Positions 11,851-24,521 of a DNA stretch of 64,000 nt are shown here, one piece after another. The first letter of the stretch is position 1, and the number at the start of each line of letters is the position of its first letter. A program made the position numbers and the translations under genes. The notes beneath the pieces are model-generated. The model did not search any database. It was not told the DNA's origin and worked only from the letters and a program-made list of their open reading frames with translations. Source of the DNA: Octopus vulgaris (lineage: Eukaryota); the NCBI GenBank assembly GCA_951406725.2, contig OX597828.1, positions 18,476,001 to 18,540,000 on the forward strand, read 5' to 3'.

Positions 11851-13235
11851 TACTTATTTTATCGGCCCCGAAATGATAAAAAGTAAAGTCGACTTCGGCG
11901 GAATTTGAACTCACAACGTAGACGAGTGAAATGCCGCTAAGCATTTTGCTCGATGCAGCAACGATTCAGCCATCCCTCCACCTCACAAACTTTCTCTACA
12001 TTATTGAAATATGCCAATTAACTTTATGAGATCAAATCCCACCAATAGTTATTTCGTCTTTTGTTTTGTTGTTGTTATTGTTCTTTTCCCAGATGGAAAC
12101 AGAAGAAAGAAAATACAAATATCAGTAATACACGGAGGTTGAATCAAAGGATTGCACGCTATGAGCAAATAAAGTTGTTCTTGTAGCAATGTTAGAAATC
12201 AATTTTATAGCGTTTTCCTTTCCGCCATTCTTGTAAGAGGGAGGTGGGGAAATTAATAAATAAACTCTGGTTTCGGTTTAATTCGAAACAGCAAACAAAT
12301 ATTGAAAGACCAGCATCAGCTATTATCAATCATGCATTCATTCATTCAGCTATTCTTTCATTCATTCATTCCTTCATTCAATCATTCTTTCATTCAATGA
12401 TTCGATTAAAACGTGACGCCATCATTGCATTTCATTTTCTTTCCATTTTATTTATTATTTTTCTTTTTACCTTTCACATAGAACGATTTTAGGATCTCAG
12501 AAACGTTTATTTTTTTTGTTCGCTTTATATTTGTTTCCTATTATTTTGTTGGGATTTTTTTTTCATTGCAACAGAAGATTGAAAAAGAATAAACATGATT
12601 GAAGAAATAAATTATTTCTTTTATCTTTTTTACAAAATCTATTGAGATAAACATACACTGCGTAGTGACGGAGACGGCGGTTACACTTCTTCCTGAAAGA
12701 TCTAAATATTACTGCATTTATCATATATAATCGCCCACACAATGCTTCTTTTAATACTACACATACATAGATTGTGATGTGTATTATTTAGAAAATTATG
12801 TAAACAACATTTTCATTATATCTGCATGCTGAATGTTCTAAACGTAGTAAATCTCAAAGCTGACTCTATTTAACATACTAATTCTTAAATCCTCTCACCG
12901 CCTTGCTGCATATATTTCATCAATTACATACCTTACACCAATGGTACAATATATACACAATAGTGCATACATACACATACAAACGTATATATATTATGTA
13001 ATCTAAGTTCGGTCTATCAATATATGTATGTGTGCGTGTATGTGTGTGTGTGTGTGTGCGTGCATGTGTGTGTGCGTGTATGTGTGTGCGTGCATGTGCG
13101 TGTTTATGTAGCTGATTGATAATCATTTGAAAATTCTAAGTCCCCCTTCTCTTTTACATGTATACATGTATATATGCTTTGTACATTTAAACCCAAAGTC
13201 TTTATCTGCTTATTTGAATTATTGTCTCTACATAG

Positions 13236-13275
<40 letters not shown>

Positions 13276-13489
13276 CAATAATAATTCTCTAAACGAGATA
13301 TAGACAGTAACTGCTCCATAACATAAGGGACATTAGCCATTTGAATGTGGCTAGGGACAGGGCAGGGCGGTGGGGGTGTTACTGATGCATTTAGCCCCAG
13401 GCGATCATCAACGTCACCAGATAGGCTGACACCATCACGGTGTCCTCTATCCTGCAAAGGGAGATCATTCCCCGAAGAAGCGGATGCCA

Positions 13490-13534
13490 CATACGGACCT
13501 AGGTTTCAAGGTATTTGCCTATCGTCAACGCATG
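13490..13534 (-). ncRNA. Type I hammerhead ribozyme motif (family A, inverted copy)
   Basis: CATGCG-TTGACGA-TAGG-CAAATA-CCTT-GAAAC-CTAG-GTC-CGTATG on the minus strand. Confidence 0.78.
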
Positions 13535-13861
13535 GCAGGCACCGCTCCTCGACGAACAACTTCCTGTGCAGGATCGGGGAATGATCTCCCTTTGCAGGAT
13601 AGTGACGTTGATGATCGCCTGGTGACGTTGATGATCGCCTGGGGCTAAATGCATCAGTAACACCCCCACCGCCCTGCCCTGTCCCTAGCCACATTCAAAT
13701 GGCTAATGTCCCTTATGTTATGGAGCAGTTACTTTCTATATCTCGTTTAGAGAATTATTATTGCTGTCGAACAGATTTTCGAAATCAGTAAATGTATTTA
13801 CGTGAAAATCTATATATAAATATCCTGCACAGGAAGTTGTTCGTCGAGGAGCGGTGCCTGC

Positions 13862-13906
13862 CATACGTTGATGATAGGCAAATACCTTGAAACCTAGGTC
13901 CGTATG
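13862..13906 (+). ncRNA. Type I hammerhead ribozyme motif (family A); predicted cleavage after GUC at 13900
   Basis: CATACG-TTGATGA-TAGG-CAAATA-CCTT-GAAAC-CTAG-GTC-CGTATG; 6-bp stem I extending through a UGC/U internal loop into TGCC/GGCA and GGAGCGG/CCGCTTC. Confidence 0.82.
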
Positions 13907-14218
13907 TGGCATCCGCTTCTTCGGGGAATGATCTCCCTTTGCAGGATAGAGGACACCGTGATGGTGTCAGCCTATCTGGTGACGTTGATGATCGCCTGGG
14001 GCTAAATGCATCAGTAACACCCCCACCGCCCTGCCCTGTCCCTAGCCACATTCAAATGGCTAATGTCCCTTATGTTATGGAGCAGTTACTTTCTATATCT
14101 CGTTTAGAGAATTATTATTGCTGTCGAACAGATTTTCGAAATCAGTAAATGTATTTACGTGAAAATCTATATATAAATATCCTGCACAGGAAGTTGTTCG
14201 TCGAGGAGCGGTGCCTGC

Positions 14219-14263
14219 CATGCGTTGACGATAGGCAAATACCTTGAAACCTGGGTCCGTATG
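14219..14263 (+). ncRNA. Type I hammerhead ribozyme motif (family A); predicted cleavage after GUC at 14257
   Basis: CATGCG-TTGACGA-TAGG-CAAATA-CCTT-GAAAC-CTGG-GTC-CGTATG; 357 nt downstream of the previous site. Confidence 0.78.
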
Positions 14264-14511
14264 TGGCATCCGCTTCTTCGGGGAATGATCTCCCTTTGCA
14301 GGATAGAGGACACCGTGATGGTGTCAGCCTATCTGGTGACGTTGATGATCGCCTGGGGCTAAATGCATCAGTAACACCCCCACCGCCCTGCCCTGTCCCT
14401 AGCCACATTCAAATGGCTAATGTCCCTTATGTTATATATATATATATATATAAATCCTTAAAATCCTTAAAAATGTTTTAGCCCGAAGGCCGCGGCCATG
14501 CTGGGGCACCA

Positions 14512-14552
<41 letters not shown>

Positions 14553-15522
14553 ATGACGGCAATCTGGCTCCGTTAATCTAAAACCATTTCCAAACTGTAA
14601 GAATTAAATTATATATTTAACTTCATAACTAACTCTGTCTAGAGACGGAAATGAGAATGTGAATAATCTCAGTTAAGTAACAACAAGAAGAGCCATACTG
14701 ACAGAACGGATCCAAATTAACACACAAATAGCAGATATTTCCTTCATCTGCTTCCAAACGGATATCAACGCGATTTCGACACTAAAGGCAAGTTTATTAT
14801 TTCCACTGTAACAAACAGCCTTAAGCAAAAAAAAAAAAAAAAAGGACAGCGCTGTTTAGGAATATACAAACCAAATGTCTGTATCCTGATATTCTTACTA
14901 CCAGTACTTACGACAAAGTCTAAGACATGCAAGTAATTATGACTTATTTTAAAATCTGTTGTATGCTTACAAACAAGGCTTATGAAACCTTCTGCAACCA
15001 TATCAGTAATCGAACATACCAACGTATGCAAGAAAAGAAAATTCCAAAATAATTATTATTGATACAATTAACTAATGATAGTGGAGTTAGGTTTTTAGCT
15101 TTTTTCCAATCCTGGTCGATCCGACTCATGAATAAGAGCATTCTAACCGCCACTATTTCGTCTTCTTCCTATGTGCAGTGAGCCATAATCACATTAACTT
15201 AAGAAACCTTTTATTAATACTCCAGACCGTGATTTGAGTAGAATTAGGCTGATATTTCTAGCACGTCGAACGGCCATGTGCACGCGTCTTTCTTTTTTTT
15301 TAAGTGACGGAGATGTAATTTGAGGCAGATTTGGATGCTATTTCTTGCAATTCAAGCGACTGCGTAAGCCCTGTCTCTTATTGGCGTGTGTATCGTATTG
15401 ATTAACTTTACAGTTCATATCATTCTAATTATCATTAGTATTTACATCCCTGATCCATCAGAGATATGTTAGTAAGGTTACAACCGTGACCATCCTATCA
15501 TTTTCAAGAGTATCTTCAACTC

Positions 15523-15990
15523 GGCGCAGATGTGGCTGTGTTGTAAGAAGTGGGCTTCCCAACCAATGATTACCGGTTCAGTCCCACTCTCTGGCACTTT
15601 GGGCAAGTTTCTTCGCCTATAGCTTCCGACCGACCGAAATCTTACGAGTGAATTTGTCTCTATGTTAGAGAGACAGAAAGAGAGAGTGAGGGAGAGGCAG
15701 AGATGGTGGGAGAAAGACAGAAGGAGAAAGGGGGAGAGTGGGTGGGGGAGTGAAATATTGAGTGCGTACGTGGATGTGTTATTTTGCGTTTCACTTTGCC
15801 CTCGGCCAACATTTCACAACTGGTACTGGTTTGTGTATGTCTCCGTAGCTTAGCGGTTTGGATAAAGAAATCGATAGAATAAGATCCGTGCTTTAAAAAT
15901 AAGTACTGGGGTCAATTCGCTGAAACCCTTCAAGACGCGGCCCCAGCATGGTCGCATCGCAAGGACCCAAACAAGTAAAACACAAAAGAT
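15523..15990 (+). mobile_element. SINE family C, diverged full-length copy
   Basis: Head GGCGCAGATGTGGCTGTG..GGTTCAGTCCCAC, CORE-like TTGGGCAAGT, tail CCAGCATGGTCGCA. Confidence 0.75.
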
Positions 15991-16878
15991 ATATGATAAA
16001 AGATATTTTAAAAAGCAAGTGTTCCACGTTAGAGAAATTTCGCTGCTGTTTCTAGCATGTCAAGTAAACCACATGGAAGTTCCTTCGTATGAAGTCCTAC
16101 CGATGCACTTTGTTTCGTATTTCAATTTTTCGCGTTTTGATAGAAATTTAAGATGGCGTGAGATCGACCGACCTTTATTTAAGAGTGCGGACATCTTGAC
16201 CATTTCGAAGCAAAGACAATGAGTAATGCAAGCCAAGTATTTGATTTTAACGAAAGTCACTCAGAACGTATCCATTTGAATTTGCCACAACAGATATGCC
16301 ATGCATTCACGTTGCATTTTCCATCTGTTGATATTCAAGTTAATATACAGAAATGCATCCCTTTCTCTCTCTCCCTCTCTCTCTCTCTTTCAAGTTTTGT
16401 GTGCTTACTGAAGTACATATGCCCTCAGGATACCTTGTGAAGTGGGTGTAGATCCTGAAAGCTGGCGTTTATCCAAACGTAGTTGAGAAATTGGCAGCGT
16501 CTCAGCTGTATTATCGATCTCCTATTAAAGATTAACTAAGAGAAGATAAAATAGCATAAAATACGATAAAATAGGATAAATTTAACGGACTCCTCATTAC
16601 GGCGAATATATCCTACTGACCAAAATCTATTAACTCGACGAACGATTCCCGATGTAATATTTAAAATTAAGGTGATATTATTGAAGTACGATAAATATCA
16701 CGTATATGTACAACTATCCTCCTTTATCAAGGATGCATATTTATCACTAATCCGTGATAATATTGTACGCTGATAGCGAACCACGTTACGCTTATTACAA
16801 ATTGATCTGTGATATCACGGGTCGGTGATCAACGATTTTACTTGGACCACAAAAGCGCACTCCGGCGATCCCCAACAA

Positions 16879-17201
16879 CAGTGGTTCTCGACCGGAGTCT
16901 ATATGACCCTTGGGGATCCATATATGGTTTTTAGGTAAATTGGGGGTCCACAGTAGTATTTTAAGGGCCCCTGAAAAGTTTTTATTCGAATGTATTTACG
17001 ACAAGAAGCAACAGCTAGGTTTCTCTCTCAAACATTTTACACGGCTGAGCTTATACAAGTGTATGAGTGAATAACAGAAGAGGAATTTTGAATGAAGTAG
17101 CTATAAAATTAGTTTTAAACATCGAATGGCTATGAGAGTCAACCCAAATAAAATAATAAGCAAAGGGGTCCATAACTAAAACAAAATGGTTGAGAAGCTT
17201 G
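16879..17201. mobile_element. hAT (Charlie-like) MITE
   Basis: Imperfect TIRs CAGTGGTTCTCGACC and GGTTGAGAAGCTTG with subterminal GGGGTCCA motifs; related fragment near 3979. Confidence 0.6.
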
Positions 17202-17484
17202 ATCTGCAATGTTCAGGACAACTTCAGGTCTCGGAATGAAACCTGTTTTCCGCATATGTTTTATAGTGTATTTATTACTGATTTATTTAAAACGATTGAG
17301 AATGTTTTTAACCAAACCTTCCGTGATAAACGAGGGTAGGTGTATCATTTTTTTAACAGCAACATACTAAAGTGGAAAATATATATTCAAATCGGATTTG
17401 CTATTTGTTATTTGTGTGAAAGCGTGAAAATATTTGGTTTTATTGATATGAGGAAGTAAAAATGAAAGTTACCTCATTGAGTCA

Positions 17485-17700
17485 TGTCCACAAATAAGGG
17501 CTGGTTTCCAGGTTTCCATGGCGTATATATACCCTACCTGGGTGGAACTCCGGTCCGTCGCAGGATTTTTGCCAGCTGAGTAGACTGGAGCATGAAGTGT
17601 TTTGCCCAACAACACAACGCGTCACCAGGTCCAGGAATCGAAACCACATTCTTACAAACACGAGTCCAACACCCTAACCACTAAGCCACGCGCCTCCACA
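17485..17700 (-). mobile_element. SINE family V (tRNA head, V-SINE-like body)
   Basis: Reverse-complement homolog of 18737-18994. Confidence 0.7.
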
Positions 17701-18095
17701 TGGTTAGAGGTAGTCAGCTCACGATCAGAGTGTGGGGTGTTCAATTGCTTGGATGGCACTACTTCGAGCCAAGCACTTCACTTAACGTTTCTCTAGAATA
17801 TTCAGGCATAACTGAGTACCAACTACATGGCGGCGCAGCCCCCCTTTCTTCAACAACCACACCCTAAATGTTCTGCTGGGTGAAATTGACAGCAGACGGA
17901 GGGGATGTGAGAGTGCCTCTTTCTCCTCACAACTATATATGTCCGGCTATTTGCATATATATATATACATGGGGGTGTCAGTGTGCGTGTGTATCTATGT
18001 TCGTATGTAAACACGTATATATAAACACGCATGCATTACATGTATATGATGATTATATATAAGTATGTATCTAGGCATTTATGTATATATATGTA

Positions 18096-18183
<88 letters not shown>

Positions 18184-18191
18184 GTATAGTA

Positions 18192-18562
18192 TTTTATTCT
18201 TTTATTTGCTTCGGTCATTTGACTGCGGCCGTACTGGAGCACCGCCTTGAAGTGTTTTGATTTTTTTTAACAATTCGACCCCAGGACTTTAAAAGCCTAG
18301 CATGTTATTGGTCTCTTTCCTGAGCCACGAAGTCGTAAACACACCAGCGCCGGTTGTCAAGCGACGATGGGAAGGCAAACACATATACAAAGACACATAC
18401 ACAGATATATATATATATAAATACACACACACACACACACACTACGGGAATATTTCAGTTTCCGTCAACCGAATCTACTCACAAGGCTTTAGTCGGCCCG
18501 AAGCTACACTTGCCCAAGGTGCCCCGCAGTAGGACTGAACACGGTACCATGTGGTTGGAAAG
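18192..18562 (-). mobile_element. SINE family C
   Basis: Tail, body and CORE-like ACACTTGCCCAAGGTGCC on the reverse strand. Confidence 0.8.
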
Positions 18563-18736
18563 CAATGTGTGCGTGTGTGGATGGATGGATCGTGCATGTC
18601 CTCCGTTAGTGCAGGAAACGCCACTACACAGAATTACATACTTGAAGCGTAATTATTTTTATCTCGAAACGAATGACATAAGTTTCAACCCCTAGAAATC
18701 ACTATGCCTGATTTCACTTTCATTATGAAAAATAGG

Positions 18737-18994
18737 AGTGGAGGTGCGTGGCTTAGTGAATAGGGTGTCAGCATCATGATCGTAAGATTGTGGTTTTGAT
18801 TCCTGGACCGGGCGACGCGTTGTATTCTTGAGCAAAACACTTCATCTCACTTTGCTCCAGTCCACTCAGCTGGCAAAAATGAGTAACGCTTCGATGGACT
18901 GGCGTCCCGTTCAGCTGGGAACACATACGCCATAGAAACCGGAAAACCGGGCCCATGAGCCTGACTAGGCTTTAAAAGGGCGCATTTATTATTA
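18737..18994 (+). mobile_element. SINE family V, full length with a 17-bp TSD
   Basis: A box TGGCTTAGTG, B-box-like GTTTTGATTCC, GATGGACTGGCGTCCCG motif, (TTA)n tail; TSD TCATTATGAAAAATAGG at 18720-18736 and 18995-19011. Confidence 0.85.
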
Positions 18995-19332
18995 TCATTA
19001 TGAAAAATAGGTGGATTTCTACAACATAACGGAACACCGATGAGTTGCCTCTTTGAGGAATGATGGCTATTATGTATATGAAAAGGCCGGTGCATGAGTA
19101 TGAGATATGACAATAGATGTCGCTTTTACAATTTATCATGGCAGCCAAAATGTTCAGTTAATTACTAAGCCTTCTATGATAATTTGGAAATTTGTGCCGA
19201 GGAGTTTAATAAATAGATATTCAGTTTAAATAAAGAGTATATATACATATAATATTATGGAGTATTCTTCGTACCCTATTTTTTGCGGCGCACGCTGACG
19301 ACTGAAAATGTTCACACACACTTACACTCGCA

Positions 19333-19370
<38 letters not shown>

Positions 19371-19508
19371 AACACAAAGTGTCTTTGTGGTTACTTGAGT
19401 TACTCTAAATAGCAGCCAAATCCTCTTAAAACCACCATTTCGTCAAAAGAAAAACACAGATTTACAGTATTTCAGAATGAAAAAAAACATGCAACGGGTT
19501 ATATATAC

Positions 19509-19724
19509 ATGAGGGTGCAGAAACATTCCTGGTTTTAAGGGTGTCGCAAAAGTCCTCGCTGGAGTCCCAATCTTTCCGAGTTCTTTTACAAGCCTTAGAA
19601 AAAGTGAAGCAGCACCGCAATAAGTGTGTGAATCTGAGAGGATTATATCCTGCATAAAATCATTTTGAACTGAAACCCCTCTATTTTATTTTACCCAAAC
19701 CCAGAAACTTTCCAGCATCACTCT

Positions 19725-19726
<2 letters not shown>
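19509..19726 (+). mobile_element. Mariner-derived MITE (degenerate)
   Basis: Imperfect TIRs GAGGGTGCAGAAACATTCCTGG and CCAGAAACTTTCCAGCATCACTC; internal KCVNLRG resembles the mariner transposase C-terminus. Confidence 0.6.
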
Positions 19727-19792
<66 letters not shown>

Positions 19793-19795
<3 letters not shown>

Positions 19796-20060
19796 TCTTT
19801 TACTCTTTAACTTGTTTCAGTCAGTTGACTGCGGCCAGACGGGGCCGTAAACAGACCAGCATCGGTTGTCAAGCAATGCTAGGGGGACAAACACAGGTAC
19901 ACAAACACATACACACACATACATACATATATATATACGACAGGCTTCTTTCAGTTTCCGTCTACCATATCCACTCACAAGGCATTGGTCGGCCCGGGGC
20001 TATAGCAGAAGACACTTGCCCAAGATGCCACGCAGTGGGACTGAACCCGGAACCATGTTT
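19793..20060 (-). mobile_element. SINE family C, internally deleted
   Basis: Tail plus AGAAGACACTTGCCCAAGATGCCACGCAGTGGGACTGAACCCGG. Confidence 0.8.
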
Positions 20061-20093
20061 GATTTGCATAATAGTGGTTTTATCTCTAATTTA

Positions 20094-20124
<31 letters not shown>

Positions 20125-20176
20125 TTGCATGCAAAAATATATATACATATATATGTACATATATACATTTATGTGC

Positions 20177-20228
<52 letters not shown>

Positions 20229-20443
20229 GCACATGTGTGTGTGTGTGCGTGTATACATGCACACCAATAATTCCAAAACGGTAGTTTATTTTTACTTATT
20301 TCTCCCATTATGAAGATGTTGCACAAAGACTCCCGTCATCTTTCGTTTTGGCGTCTCAATCTTCATCTTTTCTGTCTTTTGACAGTCAGATTAATGCAAG
20401 CCTCCTCTTTCGTCCTCTCTCCCTCCTTCTCTCTCTCTCTCTC

Positions 20444-20482
<39 letters not shown>

Positions 20483-20483
20483 C

Positions 20484-20527
<44 letters not shown>

Positions 20528-21669
20528 CCTCCCTCCTTCCCTCCACGCAGTAAAGCAATAATAATTTCAATCAATAAAACTCCTTGACTAACGACGAAAA
20601 GTGGTTGGCAATTGTCGGCAAATATATCAGAAATCAAATGAAAATCAATATATTTTCTACTATTTTCTACAGCATGCTGTGGTAGATATTGCAGCGGAAC
20701 GGCTTCTGCACAAAAGATTCCTTTGAATTGAATTGTTTTCTTTTTTTTTTCTTTTTCTTTTTCTTTTGTTCATTATATAATTCTTTTTCATTTCATTTTC
20801 ATTTTTGATTTTTATCTTTTTTTTTTTAAATCAACTTAAGAGATTTTTATATTATTACTTTCGGTATTTTTATTTTTTTGTTTTGTTTTGTTTGTGAATA
20901 TAACAATTTCCCTAAGTACTTTATTAATAAAATAGAAATCAAATACAGAGACAAACTTAATTAGGTTTATTATTCCTCTTAATAACGAACAAATAACTGT
21001 GTAAATTAATATGGAATTTTTAGGTTTGTTTCAATGACAGAGAATCCAAAACCTGAAGAATATTAATTTTATTTATTAATTTATTTATTCTATTCTTCAT
21101 TTTCGGTTAGTGTTCATATTCTGCAATTTTGATTACCAGTTACTGTTTACGTGTCTATTTAGTAGTTGTAACTGGCAATTAAGATATTTTTATGTTATTT
21201 GAAATTCCTTTTGATGCTTTAATATCTATGAATTCAACTACGAATTATTATGGATGTCGTAAATGTTTGTTAATGAGAAAACAACAATTTAAGTTGATAA
21301 TCTAAAATATTTGCTTGTGTTTTTTTTTTCCCAGTTGCTTTTCTTTACGAAAACAACATCTAAACAGATACATTTTCTTTAAAATGAAAATACCTGGTAT
21401 ATACTTGTATGCATTGTTAAATATTCATTCTTACAGGAACCATTTATATCAGGTATGGTTATGGTTTTCAAATGTATAACTAAAAGTATTAATCAATAAC
21501 AGGTGACTAAGTCTATTGGCTGAATGTGTGTGTGTGTGTGTGCGCACGCGTGTGTCTGTGAGTGTTTGTGTGTGTGTATGAAATGCATTTAATATATGCG
21601 TGTCTTTGCAAAGCGAGAAGAAGCAGTTAGTTTTCCATCTGGGAAAGATCTTGTTATAGACATAATATA

Positions 21670-21886
21670 ACCATTTCTACTCAAGGTACAAAGCTTGAAA
21701 TTTTGGAGGAGGGGGCCAGTCGATAACATCGACTCCAGTACGCAACTGGTACTTAATTTATCGACCTCGAAAGGATGAACGGCAAAAAGTCGACCTAGGC
21801 GGAATTTGAACTGAGAACGTAAAGACAGACGAAACACCGCTAAGCACTTCGCCCGGCGTGCTAAAATTTCTGCCAGCTCACCGCCT
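21670..21886 (-). mobile_element. SINE family M
   Basis: Full reverse-complement match. Confidence 0.85.
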
Positions 21887-22258
21887 ATACATTAAGCAAC
21901 TGTATACTTCAGACCTGGTCGAAACGAAGTCATCCCGTACTCGACCGTAAGAGCAGCAGATACGAATTTCGCTGATTTGCAGCCAGTCAGTGTCACGTAC
22001 TTGTACCACTTCTGACAAGAGATCGAATCAGCCAGACAGAAATGATTAGAAATAGTCTATAATCTATACACTGGCTGGCTATTGAGAAACAATGACCGAA
22101 CTGCACAATAGAAATAACTCAAGCTTGCTTCCTAACCACGTGGTTGCAGGTTCAGTCCCACCGCGTGGCACCTTGGGCAAATGTCTTCTACTATAGCCTC
22201 GGGTCGACCAAAGCCTTGTGAGTGGATTTGGTAGACGGAAACTGAAAGAAGCCCATCG

Positions 22259-22278
<20 letters not shown>

Positions 22279-22292
<14 letters not shown>

Positions 22293-22925
22293 GTTGGCAT
22301 CCTTTTGTCTCGGGAGTTGCGCATAAACTAATCCAGTCTGGTTTTTACACTTCATATCTTCTCCAGTCTCCTCACCAGTCTTGCGCAGGGCTGGGCTAGA
22401 TGTAAGAAAATTCTGGGTAGCCCAATCGTCAGGATTCCTCTCTAGACCTTGCTGACGTAGTCCGAAGGAGTGCAGAGCATTACGTTTGGCACCAGCTTGG
22501 TTGCAGGAGCTGCCGGAAGAGTGTCGAGTCAAACACTATACCTATTTCTTTATTACCCACAATGGGCTAAACACAGAGGGGACAAACAAGGACAGACATA
22601 GGTATTAAGTCGATTACGTCGACCCCAGTGTGTAACTGGTACTTAATTTATCGACCCCGAAAGGATGAAAGGCAAAGTCGACCTCGGCGGAATTTGAACT
22701 CAGAACGTAACGACAGACGAAATACGGCTACGCATTTCGCCCGGCGTGCTAACGATTCTGCCAGCTCCGCCTAACAGGACTCCACTCCGGATTTCTTTAA
22801 CGGTTGTCTCCTTTCTGTAAGGGGCCCATACCGGGTACTGTCAGCCGGAGCCAGCTGAGCCCGGGACTCGTGACAGGTAGGGTCGTCTTTCCCTGAAGAA
22901 GTGAAGAAAATTGCTACCCATCACC
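22279..22925 (-). mobile_element. RTE-derived non-autonomous element (5' UTR-like body plus RTE-type 3' end)
   Basis: Minus 3' end CTCCCGAGACAAAAGGATGCC(AAC)n; body CCGGCAGCTCCTGC..GCTGGTGCCAAACGTAATGCT; second fragment at 23806-23896; RTE assignment is from recalled motif similarity. Confidence 0.6.
22540..22772 (-). mobile_element. SINE family M nested in the RTE-derived element
   Basis: Full reverse-complement match to the 2842 unit. Confidence 0.88.
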
Positions 22926-23011
<86 letters not shown>

Positions 23012-23901
23012 GTGTCTGTGTTTGTCCTCCCACCATCGTTTGATAACCGATGTTGGTGCGTTTACGTCCCCGTCACTTAGCGGTTCTGCAAAAAGGGAGC
23101 GATAGAATAAGTACGAGGCTTAGAAAGAATAAGTCAAGGGGTTTATTTATTCGACTAAAGGTGGTGCTCCAGCATGGCCGCAGTCAAATGACTGAAACAA
23201 GTAAAAGAGTATATAACATAGCATATATTTGTTGCAAAGCCACAAGCTGCAGTTTTTTTTTGTCCGACAAAATCCTTTTATAAACGTTTCACGTCAAGAA
23301 AACAGAATATACTTGAGAACCAAGCGAAACGAAATCGTTAGGAAGCGAATGAGAGAGCGATAGACACGTATTTCGCGACATACGTGAAGCTGAAAAATCT
23401 GTGACTTGTCAGCGTCACGTATTCTTGTCATTGCCGTAACGAGATCACATTAGCAAATCTGAGATGCATATGGATAGGGTATAAATAATACATTGGTTTA
23501 TATATATAAAGAGCGACAGGTCCCTCAGTGGAGTTCAAAATGCTTGTCGCAGTGAACCGTTCAACTGAACTACGTAATTTTATGTGGCTGGCTAATCCAT
23601 ATATATTTGTATTCTGGCAGGCTTACATGCATGTTTCAGGGCCTACATAATTTCACTCACACAACTCCTGGTCAAACTGAAACTATAATAAGAAATATTT
23701 TTTGCTCTTTTACACCATTAGTTATTCAGGCATTGGAATGCGATGCACAAGAGCACCATTTCAAATGGGTTTTGTCGAACAAATTAACCCCATAATATAT
23801 TCTGAAGCTAGATGTAAGAAAATCCTGGGTAGCCCAATCGTCAGGATTCCTCTCTCGACCTTACTGACGTAGTCCAAAGGAGTGCAGACCATTACGATAC
23901 A

Positions 23902-23966
<65 letters not shown>

Positions 23967-24521
23967 CATATTTATATATATATATATACACATACATATA
24001 TACATATATACACATATATATATACATACATATTTATATATATATATATATATTATGTATATGTATATATATGTGTGTGTGCGTGCGCGTATATGTATGT
24101 ATTTGCTCATATATATGTATATATATATAGTGTAATAAATAAAATATATGCATACATACAAACATATATGTACGTACCTACATCTACATGTATATATACA
24201 TGCATATATAAATATATATACGTGAGTACAGGACACCACAAGAAAGAGAGAGGTGCATATATATAGATGTATATGTATAGATGTATATGGAAGAACCAAC
24301 AACAGATACAATATATAATATACATGTGTGTATGTACGTATGTATGTATGTATGTATGTATGTATTATCATTATTATTCATCCTAAGCATATATAGACCT
24401 GCTCACCTAGCTAGTGATGTGACGTCATTTAAAAGCTAAACAATGCGAAGTGTATTGTGAACTCCGATAATCTGGTTGATTCTGTGGTACCGTGAGATAT
24501 ATATACATATATATATATAGT

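Larger units (their letters stand above)
13274..14435. mobile_element. 357-bp HHR-containing tandem repeat (candidate non-LTR retrozyme or Penelope pLTR array)
   Basis: About 2.3 direct units (GGTGACGTTGATGATCGCC at 13621, 13978, 14335) preceded by a 301-bp inverted unit (13274-13574); (TA)n on both flanks. Confidence 0.92.
22123..23210 (+). mobile_element. SINE family C split by nested insertions (halves 22123-22260 and about 22930-23210)
   Basis: The 5' half ends at its internal (TA)n; the 3' half resumes with (TA)(TG)n and the family tail. Confidence 0.8.

Noticed and set aside
13345-14481. Repeated ORFs MWLGTGQGGGG.. and MASASSGNDLP..
   Set aside because: They recur only because the 357-bp unit repeats; GTG starts and no recognisable domain. 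The RNA structure explains the unit better.
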